Below are positions 1-11,789 of a stretch of DNA of 64,000 nucleotides, one piece after another. Source of the stretch: Octopus sinensis. Its lineage: Eukaryota. How positions within the stretch are numbered: position 1 is the first letter of the stretch; each line of letters opens with the position of its first letter. The stretch covers positions 61,690,001 through 61,754,000 of the forward strand of contig NC_043007.1 in assembly GCF_006345805.1 (NCBI RefSeq), in the 5' to 3' direction. The notes under the pieces are model-generated. The model was not told the origin of the DNA. It did no database searches and worked only from the letters and a program-made list of their open reading frames with translations. The translations under genes were made by a program, and so were the position numbers.

Positions 1-127
1 GTAGGACTGAATCTGAAACCATGTAGTTGGGTAGCAAATTTCGCACCACATAGATGTTTATATATATTTAAGTGTGTATGCTGTATGTATAAATATTTAT
101 GTTGTACATATATATGTACATTATCTA

Positions 128-196
<69 letters not shown>

Positions 197-500
197 TTAT
201 CTGTCTGTCTGTCTGTCTGTCTGTCTGTGTATGTGTGTGTGTGATAAACAGATACATTGATATGTTTGAATGTTTACATGATTTTGAGTTCTATCCACTA
301 TATGTACAGCACGTTGGTCAAGTGTCTTCTTCTATAGCCCTGGGCCAACCAAAGCCCCATCAGTGAATTTGATCAATGGGAGCTGAAAGATCATTGTGCA
401 TGTATGTTTGTATGAGTATGAATATATGTATATTTATATATATGTGTGTGTGCGTATATATATATAAATATAAATATATGTGTGTATATATATATATATA

Positions 501-532
<32 letters not shown>

Positions 533-885
533 GTACTTGCATGAGTATGAATATATGTATATATATATATATGTGTGTGTGTGTGCGTATATATATATAT
601 AAATATAAATATATGTGTGTGTATATATATATATACATATACATAATATCATCATCATCATCATCGTCGTTTAGCGTCCGTTTTCCATGCTAGCATGGGT
701 TGGACGGTTCTACTGGGATCTGTGAAGCCAGATATATTATATATATATATATATGTACTTGCATAGCGAGTGACTTGATTTGAGATCGTGTGCTGGAACA
801 AAAACAGTTGCAGAGTGGAAGATGTTTATAAGCCATTTAAGAAACACACAAAATCCGTTAGATTCACTTCAACATTTAAATTTAA

Positions 886-936
886 TTTGTCAAAATATTT
901 TCGTCACTTTGAGACTGCAACCTGTTCACTGACAAA
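886..936 (-). ncRNA. Candidate hammerhead ribozyme, inverted sister copy of 956-1006
   Basis: Same core. Stem II reads GTTGC/GTGAC and still pairs through two G-U wobbles. Confidence 0.6.
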
Positions 937-955
937 ACTTCGTGCAGCATGAAAT

Positions 956-1006
956 TTTGTCAGTGAACAGGTCGCAGTCTCAAAGCGACGAAAATATTTT
1001 GACAAA
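956..1006 (+). ncRNA. Candidate minimal type-I hammerhead ribozyme, G3-C8 core variant
   Basis: TTTGTCA-GTGAACA-G-GTCGC-AGTCTCAAA-GCGAC-GAAA-ATAT-T-T-TGACAAA: 7-bp stem I, 5-bp stem II, palindromic stem III. Confidence 0.65.
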
Positions 1007-1550
1007 TTAAATTTAGATGTTGAAGTGAATCTAACGGTTTTTGTGTGTTTCTTAAATGGCTTATAAACACCTTCCATGCTGCAATTGTTTATATATATAT
1101 ATGTACATATATATTTATATATTCCAAGGATGTAAAAAGTTCAGGAGCTATGTCTGGCCACTTAGAATAAGTGCTCAAAGGTAAGTTTGAGAGTGAATAA
1201 AATAAAATATGTATTCCATATACGTATATATTTCTATGTGTTCTGAGATTAATATTCGTTATGGGTGTTTTATATTGTATATTCATTTATACTAATTTGA
1301 TAGTATATTTACAGGTATGCTGTTGATTATACTTCTGAAACTGCATGTAAACTACATTCATTAGATCGAGTGAGTGTGGTGTGTCTGTTGGTGGGATAGA
1401 GAATGTCTGGGTGTAGTGCAATAACATTCCTTAATGGCTTAGCAACCAAATAAGTAAATTTATACTGAGAACTTGTTTGTTTTGGACATGTGTGTGTGTG
1501 TATACATACATACATACATACATACATACATGCATATTATATATATATAT

Positions 1551-1590
<40 letters not shown>

Positions 1591-1728
1591 ATCATAAGGA
1601 TGTATGCATACATCTACCTGCTAGAAATGAGAGCTAAAACCTTCATCTAATAGCAATATTAATATATATATATAAGAATAAATATATATAAATATTGTGT
1701 GTATATATTATATATATATATATGTATG

Positions 1729-1761
<33 letters not shown>

Positions 1762-1766
<5 letters not shown>

Positions 1767-2488
1767 AATAGGCCGGGCAAAGTTTAGAGAGCTACCTTTG
1801 TTAGTAACAAAGGGCTTATCCCTCAGAATAAAAGGCAGATTGTATGATACCTGTGTGCAAACAGCCATGCTACACAGCAGTGAGACATGGGTTGTGACTG
1901 CAGAGGACATGCGATGGCTTGAAAGAAATGAAGCTAGTATGTCTCGCTGGATGTGCAATGTCAGTGTATGTTGTAAGTATCTTGAAAGAAAAATTGGCCA
2001 TAAGGGGCATCAGATGTGATGTACAAGAGAGAAGACTGTACTGTTATGGTCATGTGAGGTATATAGACGGGGACAGTTGCATAAAGAAGTGCTGATCTTT
2101 AACTGCAGAGGGTACCTGTGGAAGAGGTAGACCCAGGAAGACATGGGACAAGGTGGTGAAGCATGATCTTCGAATGTTGGGTCTTACACAGGTGATAACA
2201 GGTGATTGAGACCTTTTGCGATTTGCTGTGCTTGAGAAGACTCATCAAGCCAAGTGAAATCATAATCATGGCTAGTTATGGTGATGGTGACACATAAAAA
2301 GTACATGTGCCAATGACATGTAGGAGGCACCTACTACACTCTTGGAGTGGTTGGCATTAGGAAGGGCATCCAGCCATAGAAGCTAAGCCAAATCAGACTG
2401 GAACCTGGTACAGTTCCCTGGCTTACCTGTTCCAGTCAAACCACCTAGCCCATGCCAGCATGGAAAGGAGGTGCTAAATGATAATGAT
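1762..2488 (+). mobile_element. 5'-truncated RTE LINE (RT C-terminus and 3' UTR)
   Basis: RIGRAKFRELPLLVTKGLSLRIKGRLYDTCVQTAMLHSSETW matches the 37232-37906 ORF. (GAT)-like tail. Confidence 0.85.
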
Positions 2489-3156
2489 ATATATATATAT
2501 CTTTTATTTGTTTTAGTTATTAGACTGTGGCCATGCTGGGGCACCACCTTGAAGAATTTCCAGTCAAATGAATTAACCCTCAGTACTTACTTTTGTTAAA
2601 CCTGATGCTTATTCTATCATACTCTTTTGCTAAACCACTAAGTTACTGGGATGTAAACACAACACACACAAATATACAACAGGCTTCTTTCAGTTTCTGT
2701 CTACCAAATCCACTCACAAAACTTTGGATCAACTCACAAGGCTTTGGGAAGACCAGGGCTATAGTAAACGATACTTATGCAAGGTACATGTAGTAGAACC
2801 GAACCTGGAACTATGTAGTTGGGAAGCAAGCTTCTTATCACTTAGTCAAGCTGTGTGGTTTGAAATCATTTCATTAGGAGATGAAGACTGGAGTATATGT
2901 AAGTAATATATACATCTCTGTGTGTGTCTCTCTCGTATATAAATACATATAAGGAAGTATAAACAGAGAAAGATGCATTAAACCCAGACAATATTCAAAT
3001 ATATATCTCCGAGTTAATTTGGGATTCCTTAATGACAGTGTAACCTTCATATAACTAAGGTATAATTTCTTGACTATATTCCAATTTGCAGATATTTCAA
3101 CTGAAGTCATTAAAGAGAATTAGAGAACTATAAACATTGCAGAAAGTCTTTACACA

Positions 3157-3361
3157 ATGGAAGCGGCCTCATTAGAAGAATATGGTCAAGATGAGGATGA
3201 GCTGTTTGAATCTGCAGATGACATTTCCCTCACTCTAGAGACCAATATTCCTGAAGATAATATGCTTGTAGAGGCTATAAGCAGTGAGGCGACATTTAGT
3301 GGAACTGTAAACCCCAACAAAGTTAATTTCACTGTGTGTATATCCCTTGGCATGGCTTCTT
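3157..3361 (+). CDS. CFAP92: CFAP92-like coding exon 1 (MEAASLEE...KVNFTVCISLGMAS)
   Basis: ATG at 3157, upstream acceptors at 3090-91 and 3141-42, donor gtaagt at 3362, phase 1. The true start codon is unverified. Confidence 0.7.
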
Positions 3362-5672
3362 GTAAGTGTTTTTGTCTGTTTTTTAATTCTTTTTTTTTCT
3401 GTGACTGATTTTACAACATGCTAAATTTCTGAAGCTCAAACTACTCACTGGATTCAATGCTAGAATATTTTATTTGAAGTTTTACAAAATCACACAGAGG
3501 CCAACTTATTTGATAAATTGTTACTTAATAGATTGGATGAGATAGATTCACCTCTAACCCCATCACTAACCATCTGTCACTCTCTTCTCATAACTCTTGC
3601 AAATTTACTCTCCTACCCTTCCTGATCCTTTGTTCCTATTCTCACTTCTTCCTTTCATGTATCATGAGGGTACAAGAAAGGATGTTTTATTTGTTCCTTC
3701 TCGAGCTATGCCTAGCTCATAAGGGCTGGTTTCCCGGTTTCATTGGCGCATAGGTTCCACCACCTGGACAGGATGCCGGTCCATCGCAGGTGAGCTGCAA
3801 GAAGCAGGAGGAAAGGGTGAGAGAAAGTCATGGTGAAAGAGTCAGCAGAGGTTTGCCATTACCTTCTGCTGGAGTGCATGGAGCTTAGGTGTTTCGCTCA
3901 TAAACACACATATTGCCCAGTCTGAGATACGAACTTGTGATCCCGCGACCGCAAGTCCGCTGCTCTAACTACTAGGCCATGTGCCTCTATTACAAGAAAG
4001 GATACTTTGTCACCACTGTCTTTGTCTCTCTTCCCAGTTACTCTCACCCACTCTTATATAATGCAGGGTAACCATGTATCTTCTCTGCAGCAAGAGATAT
4101 GTTCCTGTCCCTCTATCATATTTTAGCCTCTCAACATCTAGCATAAAGCCACTTCACTCTTTATTAAAACCCCATTCACTCAAGGGTGCTTGTTTTGCAA
4201 GTTACTTGGTGACTTAACTAGTGCTGGTGCCACAAAAAAACAAAAAAGCACCCAATACACTCAGGAAGTGGTTGGCATTAGGACAGGCATCCAGCTGTAG
4301 AACCAAGCCAAAATAGTTATTGGAGCCTGACACAATACTCTGATTGAACTGTCCAACTAATGCCAACATGGAAGATGGACATTAAATGGTGATGATGATA
4401 CTGCTGTCACCGTCATCATCAATACGACAATGATAATCTATTAAAACATGTATTGCTGTTGTTTAGGTCTCAACTAGCCCTTACTGAGCAGAACTATGAG
4501 CAAAAGCATTTCAATTATGATCACCACATCTTTATAGCAGTATCTGGCATAATGGTGCTTAGTGTGTCCGCCCATGTTTATGATGGTAGATTTGATTCGA
4601 AAGAAATTTAGCAGGTTGGGCATCCATGTAGAAGCCCCCTTGCTGGTTTAGAATTACTAGCTTCTTAACTCTTAAGCTCCAGTTCACTCTAGGTCTTTTT
4701 GTTGGGTATTTAAACAGTATACTGCAAACCCTAGTATACCAAACAGTTGAAAATGTATATCCAGTCTTAGAATGTCACATGCAAAAGACTACTATCCTAT
4801 CAGGAGATTTATCTCTCATTCATTTAACATTGAGCCACTGGATCTAAGCACGAACTCTTTGTGGCCTTATGGAGTTACCAGAACCATTTGTATTTTATTT
4901 TAGAGTACATTGAAATATTTATATTACATTAGATTTTAAATGTTATCACAGAACAGATTCTGTTCCACTAGTTGAGCCTGTGGCAGTAGAGACCTCTGGC
5001 ATTCTCAGCCCCAGGACCAAATCCCTACTCACCACTGTCAGAGCAGAAATGGCTATTTGCAAGTGCAAGTCCCCATAAGTTAGAGTGGCTGTTCCAGTGT
5101 ATCTCCCTTGACATGCACATAATACATACACACATATTCCCATTTTGTGAATAATCATAGCACATTAGAATGCACATTCATGCATTCATATGTATTAGCA
5201 AGTAAATTCAGTGAGAAATAAATACTGTAAACAAAAACTAAAGCTCAAAATAGAACCCTCACCAAAAGAAAGAAACAAACAAAAAAACCAAAAAGAAGCA
5301 AAAAATTACCCCAGATGAAACACAAACACAACTAAATAAAAGAACTTAGTCTAGGATCCACTGCATTAGAAAACAGCACACATACTAACACATACACACC
5401 TCATAAACATATACACAATGGCGGTGCCCCAGCATGGCCACAGCTTGTGAGCTGAAACTAGATAAAATAAAAATTAAAAAAAATACACATACACAAATAC
5501 ACACATGTACACACACATTCACATGCACACATGTAGACACACACACACTACACATACATTTCCCACATGCACAAATACATTCATTCACATGTTTGCACAA
5601 AAACCCCTGTAAAAAATAACCAAGAAATCTAATTAATATTCAATAATAAAGTTGTGTTTCTATGTGCGACAG

Positions 5673-5901
5673 TTGACCCACCTGAACCACAATCAAAGAA
5701 GACCTCACCAAAACTAGAAATGACAAAACCATTAGGATTCTATCATTTGGAGTTCAAACTTATTCCACTCAGCACTGACGTTTCACAGGTTGACGTTGTT
5801 TTCTATGAAAATTTTGCTCGTATCTACATTGACAAGGCAGATGTAAAAACCTGTAAGTTTTATCATTTGAACAATGTTGCTTGGATTTCGTGGGATCATA
5901 A
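5673..5901 (+). CDS. CFAP92: CFAP92-like exon 2 (DPPEPQ...FYHLEFKLIP...VAWISWDHK)
   Basis: cgacag acceptor, donor gtaagt at 5902, 229 nt, phase 1 to 2. DUF4550-like motif. Confidence 0.9.
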
Positions 5902-8900
5902 GTAAGTAAAATAACTTGTGTTATTAGTAGTTTATTTATTTATAACATTTGGTTTTGGCTTTACGTTCTGAGTTCAAATTCCGCCAAGTTTGACTTTGCC
6001 TTTCATCCTTTCAGAGTCGGTATTTTAAGTACCAATTGCATACTGGGGTAAATCTAATCAAGTGGCCCTCTCCCCAAAAATTTCAGGCCTCTTGCCTAGA
6101 GTAGAAAAAAATATTTGTTTTTGGCAACATGGCAAGCTGGCAAAATTGTTAGCATGCTGGGTAAAATGCTTCATGGAATTTTGTCTGTCATTACATTCTG
6201 AGTTCAAATTCCACTGAAGTTGATTTTGCTTTTATCCTTTCAGAGCTAATGAAATAAGTACCAGTTGAGTACTAAGGCTGATGTAACTAACTAAGCCCCT
6301 TCCCTGAAACTGCTGAGTGTGTGCCAAAATTTGAAACCAATATTCAGTTTTGGCAAGTGTGTCTTTCGAACCACAGTCTACCAACGACCATTGCTAACTA
6401 TTTCCCTTGTGTCACTGATACCCTTACAGCTAAAAGAATTGAGAGCCTTTACACATCCTCTTGCCTCCTTTATAGATTAAGGTGCTTCATGGATAAATGA
6501 AGTGACATAAATATATTCTTTTCTACTCTAGGCACAAAACCCAAAATTTTGGGGGAGGGGGACAGTTGATTAGATCGATCCCCAGTACACAACTGGTACT
6601 TACTTTGTCGACCTCAAAAGGATGAAAGGTAAAGCCAATCTTGGCAGAATTTGAACTCAGAATGTAAAGACAAACATATTACCACTCTAACGTTTCTGCC
6701 AGCTTGCTGCCTTAGTGACATAAATATATTTTTTTCTTTATTGCCCACAGGGGTGCTAAATATAGAAGGGACAAACAAGGACAGACAAAGGTATTAAGTT
6801 GATTACATCGACTCCAGTGCGTAACTAGTATTTATTTAATCAACCCCAAAAGGATGAAAGGCAAAGCCAACCTCGGCGGAATGGTAGACAAAATACTGCT
6901 AAGCATTTTGCCCAGTGTTCTAATGATTCTGCCAGCTCGCTGCCTTAGTGACATAAATATACTGTAACATATATGTGTGCAGGCATAGTTGTGTGCTTAA
7001 GAAGTTTACTTCCCAACCACATGGTTTTTGGGTTCAGTTTCACTGTATAGTCCCTCGAGCTAGTGTCTTCTACTATAGCCCTGAGTTGACCAAAGCTTTG
7101 TGAGTGAATTTGATAGGCAGAAACTAAAATAGCCAATAGTATGTATGCATGTGCATGTGTGTGTGTCCTTGTCTTGCATCATGTGATGATTGTAAACAAG
7201 TAAGGATTGGTTACAGGAAGGACATCAGGCCATAGAAAATCTGCCTCAATGAATTCTTTTTGTCCTATGCTTTCCGTGTTTGCATGGTTCAGACATGAAA
7301 ATGATGAAGACATTGATTAAACAAAGTGGCTGTAAAACACTGTTATTTACTTGACAATGAGTATATATTTGAGCTGTTTATCATAATGCTTAAAAGGGTC
7401 AGCATGATTACATTACAATGTGGAAAATAAACAGTGGAAGAGAATCACCGAATCCTATCATTGTCTAGGTAAAGCATATTAAGGCAAGCAACTGCATGTG
7501 CCACAACTAAATGAGTTGATAAAGTACTGATGTGCTGTCAAAATGACTGGTAGTTTACGTCTTATCGTTGGTATTGTTTATCTTTTATCTTTTATTTGTT
7601 TTCAATCATTTGACCACAGCCATGCCAGGGCACTGCCTTGAAGGATTTAAGTTGATCAAATTGACCTCAGGAGTCTTTTTTTAAAGCCTGGCATTCTATT
7701 AGTCTATGTTACCAAACTGCTAAGTTATGGGGACATAAACACACCAACACCAGTTGTCAAGTGGCAGTGGGGGGCAAACACAGACACAAAGACACACGCA
7801 CATGGATATATACATACATATATATATATACACACACACACATATACACATACATATATATACATATATGTGTGTGTGTGTGTGTGTGACAGGCTTTTTT
7901 CAGTTTCCATCTATCAAATCCACTCACAAGGCTTTGGTCAGCCTGAGGCTACAGTAGAAGACACTTGCCCAAGGTGTCATGCAGTGGGACTGAATCCAGA
8001 GCCATTTGGCTGGGAAGCAAGCTTCTTACCATACTGTGTCTAGTATGAAGATGTCTTGAAACAAAATCTAACTTTGAGGGATCCACTCCATCTTTGTGTA
8101 ACTATGTGCTTTCTGAATGTACATAGATAAGATTATTACTGTCAGCATAGGTCCCAATATAACTGAGAAGTGTTTTCCTCAGCTTGTAGGGTTGAACTCA
8201 AAATACTTACATAGGCTCGGAAAAAAACCCCAGTTTGATTAACACTTCAGTGTAACCATTCTTTTGAATCACTGCATGAAACTGAAGCCATCAGTGATTA
8301 AAGAACATTACTAGGTTGCAATAAAAAGGATGGTTAATGTTTATTGTATGACCTGTCTATCATCATTTTTTTACTTTCTAAATTTACATTTCCTGTGTAA
8401 ATGGCACCCTTCCACATCTAGAGGTTGGCTAAATGTACAGAGAAAGTGTAGGGTTTTGAGGTTAATCTAGTCCTGTCTCATCAATGACTAGTTAAGTTCT
8501 CCAGTGTTGATGTGATGAGAAAATGCATTCAATACTCTCTGTAGTGTGGTTGGCATCAGGAAGAGTGTCCAGCTGTAAAAACTAAGCCAAATGACACATA
8601 AGGGCACTCTATCTTTGGGAGCTTGTAGCTAGCGATGGGAGGTAACTCAGACCATGATGATCTGTCCAACCCATGCCAGCTTAGAAAGCAGATGTAAAAT
8701 GCTGAATTTGATTAGTTAAATAGAACTAATAAAATGTACTATAGTATTTTTTAATAGAATGTGCTAGAGTACAATATATAAGTACTAAAGTATGCTCACT
8801 GGTGTTGAAATATATTTTACTGGTATTAGAGTACATTTTAGTAGCTTTATGTGGATTTGTACCTAAGAATAGATGTTAAAGATTTATGAAATTTCATTGA

Positions 8901-8935
8901 TTTATTAAATATTTTTGCTGGTAATTTTTTAACAG

Positions 8936-9063
8936 GGTCACAATGAAAATTTCTGACAGCATCTTGTTACAACTGTATGATTACAAAGTTGAGTTCCTTT
9001 TGTGGGACAACAAAGAAAAAATGATGGCTCGCACAAAATTTGATAAGACACGTGGTGCTAAAT
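8936..9063 (+). CDS. CFAP92: CFAP92-like exon 3 (VTMKISDSILLQLYDYKVEFLLWDNKEKMMARTKFDKTRGAK)
   Basis: ttttttaacag acceptor, gtgagt donor, 128 nt, phase 2 to 1. Confidence 0.9.
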
Positions 9064-9730
9064 GTGAGTTTTTCCTTGTTTGATCATTGATTTAATGTTT
9101 ATTTATGAGCAGAGTATTATGGAGTTTCATTGAAGTCTCTATGAAGTTCTAAGTTGAAAGTACTATATGTTTTGATTGAAGAAATTCCTACTTGATGGTA
9201 TCTTGTGCAAGGATCTTCTACTAAAGCATTGAGCTGATCAAAACCTTGTCAGTGTATTTGGTTGATTGGATAAAAGAAATCCCATCATATACTTTTCTTC
9301 TTTTACTTGTTTCAGTCATTAGACTGTAGCCATGCTGGAGCACTGTGTCGGAGAATTATAGTTGAGCCAATTGACCCCAGTACTTATTTTGAAGACTGGT
9401 ATTTATTCTGTCAGTCTTTTTTTGCCAAACTGCTCGGTTACAGGGATTTAAACACACCAATATTGTGTGGTGTTGGGGACAGACACATATGCAAACACAC
9501 ACACACACACATACACTGTATATATATATATAAATATGACAGGTTTCTTTCAGTTTATGTCTACCAAATTCACTCATAAGGCTATAGTTGACCTGAGGCT
9601 ATTGTAGAAGACACTTGTTCATGGTGGTACACAGTGGGACTGAACCCAGCACCATATGGTTGGGAAGCAAACTTCTTACCATACAGCCATGCCTGCATCT
9701 ATACATATATATATAAATATTTATAAATAA

Positions 9731-9765
<35 letters not shown>

Positions 9766-10988
9766 ATATATATATAATATATATATATATGTGCATATAT
9801 ATATATATGTATATATATACACACATACACACACACGTGCACACATAACACTCACACACATAACACACACACACATACATATATCTACATATATAGGCAC
9901 AGACATGGTTGTATGGTAAGAAGCTTACTTCCCAACCACATGGTTATGGATTCAGTCCCACTGCATGGCACCTTGGGCAAGTGTCTTCTTCTATAGCCTT
10001 GAACCAGCCAAAGCCTTGTAAGTGAATTTGGTAGACAGAAACTGAAATAAATATTCGGCTTACAAAGAATAAGTCCTGGGGTCAATTTGTTCAACTAAAG
10101 GTGGTGCTCCAGCATGACTGCAGTCAAATGACTGAAACAAGTAAAATAATAAAAGAATATATTCAGAAAGAAACACACACACACAATGTAAATAATAACA
10201 AATAAATTTACATAGAGCATAAAACATACAGAAAATACTAAATTTCTTAATTCAGCAGCTGTTTCAGGAAGCTCTGAGTTATGTAGTAATTGTAATAATT
10301 ATAATTTGTAGAAGGAATATGCAAAATGTCTTGAGTATGCTACCAGTAAACAGTCACAAGGAGATGTTACAATAAGTCTAGCTCTCCTCATCAAGAGAAG
10401 GTTAAAACAGACTACTTTCAGTTTCTGTCTACCAAATCCACTCACAAGGGTTTAGCCTGTTGGCCTAAGACTCCAGTGGATGTTATTTAACCATGGTGCC
10501 ACACAGTGAGTCAGAACCTGAAACCATGTGGTTGGGAAGTAAGGTTATTAACTACACAGCCATACCTGTGTTTGATATATTTCCAATAGCAACACAAAGC
10601 TTAAGGACAACATGAATCTCATAAAATGTAAATCATAGATTCTTGTTTTGGTGAGTTGAGTTTCTTACTCCAGTACCATATATTTAAATAGATAATTTTG
10701 ATAGTACATGTGTTTTTATTGGCTAAACTGGTAAAATGACCATTCCTAAATACAACAATATTTGATGTTCTGCAAGCAATAATAAATCTCTGAACGAGAT
10801 GTAAGCAGTAACTGCTCGTCAACGTAAAGTATACTAGCCATCTCAGTATGGCTAACCACTAAGGGTGGGTGTTACTGTAGCTTTTAGCCCCAGGAGATCA
10901 TTGTCTCCAGCTGGCTTTAGGCACACTTTCTGTGCCCTTATGGTATTTGCAAAGGGAGGTCATCCCTCTCTCGTAAACCTAAGTAATA

Positions 10989-11033
10989 CGCACGGACTGC
11001 AGTTTCTAGGTATTTGCCTTTCTTCAGCGTACG
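10989..11033 (-). ncRNA. Candidate minimal type-I hammerhead ribozyme (GUC cleavage triplet)
   Basis: CGTACG-CTGAAGA-AAGG-CAAATA-CCTA-GAAA-CTGCAG-TC-CGTGCG. Stem III ACTGCAGT is palindromic. A.A opposition at the base of stem II. Confidence 0.75.
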
Positions 11034-11364
11034 GCAATCACCGGTTTACGATGAAAGGGAGACCTGTTTGCAAATACTTATTGTTTTTCTAGTAACTTCC
11101 ATCACTGATTTCGAAAAACTGTCTGCAAGCAATAATAAATCTCTGAACAGATGTAAACAGTAACCGCTCGTCAACGTAAAGTATACTAGCCATCTCAGTA
11201 TGGCTAACCACTAAGGGTGGGTGTTACTGTAGCTTTTAACCCCAGGAGATCATTGTCTCCAGCTGGCTTTAGGCACACTTTCTGTGCCCTTAGTGATGGA
11301 AGTTACTAGAAAAACAATAAGTATTTGCAAACAGGTCTCCCTTTCATCGTAAACCGGTGATTGC

Positions 11365-11409
11365 CGTATGCCCAAGAAAGGCAAATACCTAGAAACTGCA
11401 GTCCATGCG
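11365..11409 (+). ncRNA. Hammerhead copy with mutated core (CCCAAGA), probably inactive
   Basis: CGTATG-CCCAAGA-AAGG-CAAATA-CCTA-GAAA-CTGCAG-TC-CATGCG. Confidence 0.6.
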
Positions 11410-11687
11410 TATCACTTAGGTTTATGAGAGAGGGATGACCTCCCTTTGCAAATACCATAAGAGCACAGAAAGTGTGCCTAAAGCCAGCTGGAGACGATGA
11501 TCTCCTGGGGCTAAAAGCTACAGTAACACCCACCCTTAGTGGTTAGCCATACTGAGATGGCTAGTATACTTTACATTTGATGTTCTATTTTTCTGAAAAC
11601 CTGAAGTAAGATATTATTCAACAATCTCTTGAAGACAGATTTATTGTAAATATGTCTACCTGGTATAAGTTAAGAATGTTCTTTCAG

Positions 11688-11789
11688 GTGATGTTGATGA
11701 AAATGAGATGAAGAAAAGTATTGAAAAGCAACATGAACAATTGCTTCAACTGGAAAAACGTAATCCTCAAAATGTGTCATATATATTTG
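11688..11789 (+). CDS. CFAP92: CFAP92-like exon 4 (DVDENEMKKSIEKQHEQLLQLEKRNPQNVSYIF)
   Basis: ttctttcag acceptor, gtgagt donor, 102 nt, symmetric phase 1. Confidence 0.8.

Larger units (their letters stand above)
802..1090. mobile_element. Inverted pair of PLE-like terminal repeats with HHR motifs (arms about 802-937 and 955-1090)
   Basis: Arms of about 135 bp that are nearly reverse-complementary, a 17-bp spacer, and (TA)n flanks. Each arm holds an outward-reading HHR-like motif. Confidence 0.7.
10772..11574. mobile_element. PLE/retrozyme-like insertion: 353-nt unit, a partial tandem copy and an inverted copy, with a 12-bp TSD
   Basis: ATTTGATGTTCT at 10760-10771 and 11575-11586. Unit start TCTGCAAGC at 10769 and 11122. 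Inverted arms of 283 bp at 10824-11106 and 11292-11574. Confidence 0.8.

Noticed and set aside
85-693. ORFs rich in YI/IY, CV/VC and HT repeats (here and throughout the window)
   Set aside because: They are translations of (TA)n, (TG)n and (CTAT)n microsatellites, with no splice or homology support.
2878-2898. Possible 21-nt 5' UTR exon (cattag...gtaagt)
   Set aside because: Splice signals alone are common by chance. It cannot be supported without transcripts.
5853-5858. Earlier gtaagt donor in exon 2
   Set aside because: It would drop the conserved AWISW motif and break phase with exon 3.
10250-10400. Possible minus-strand hammerhead (TTGATGA ... GAAACAGCTG)
   Set aside because: U16.1 is absent, stem I does not pair, and stem II would need a loop of more than 100 nt. 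Too degenerate to call.
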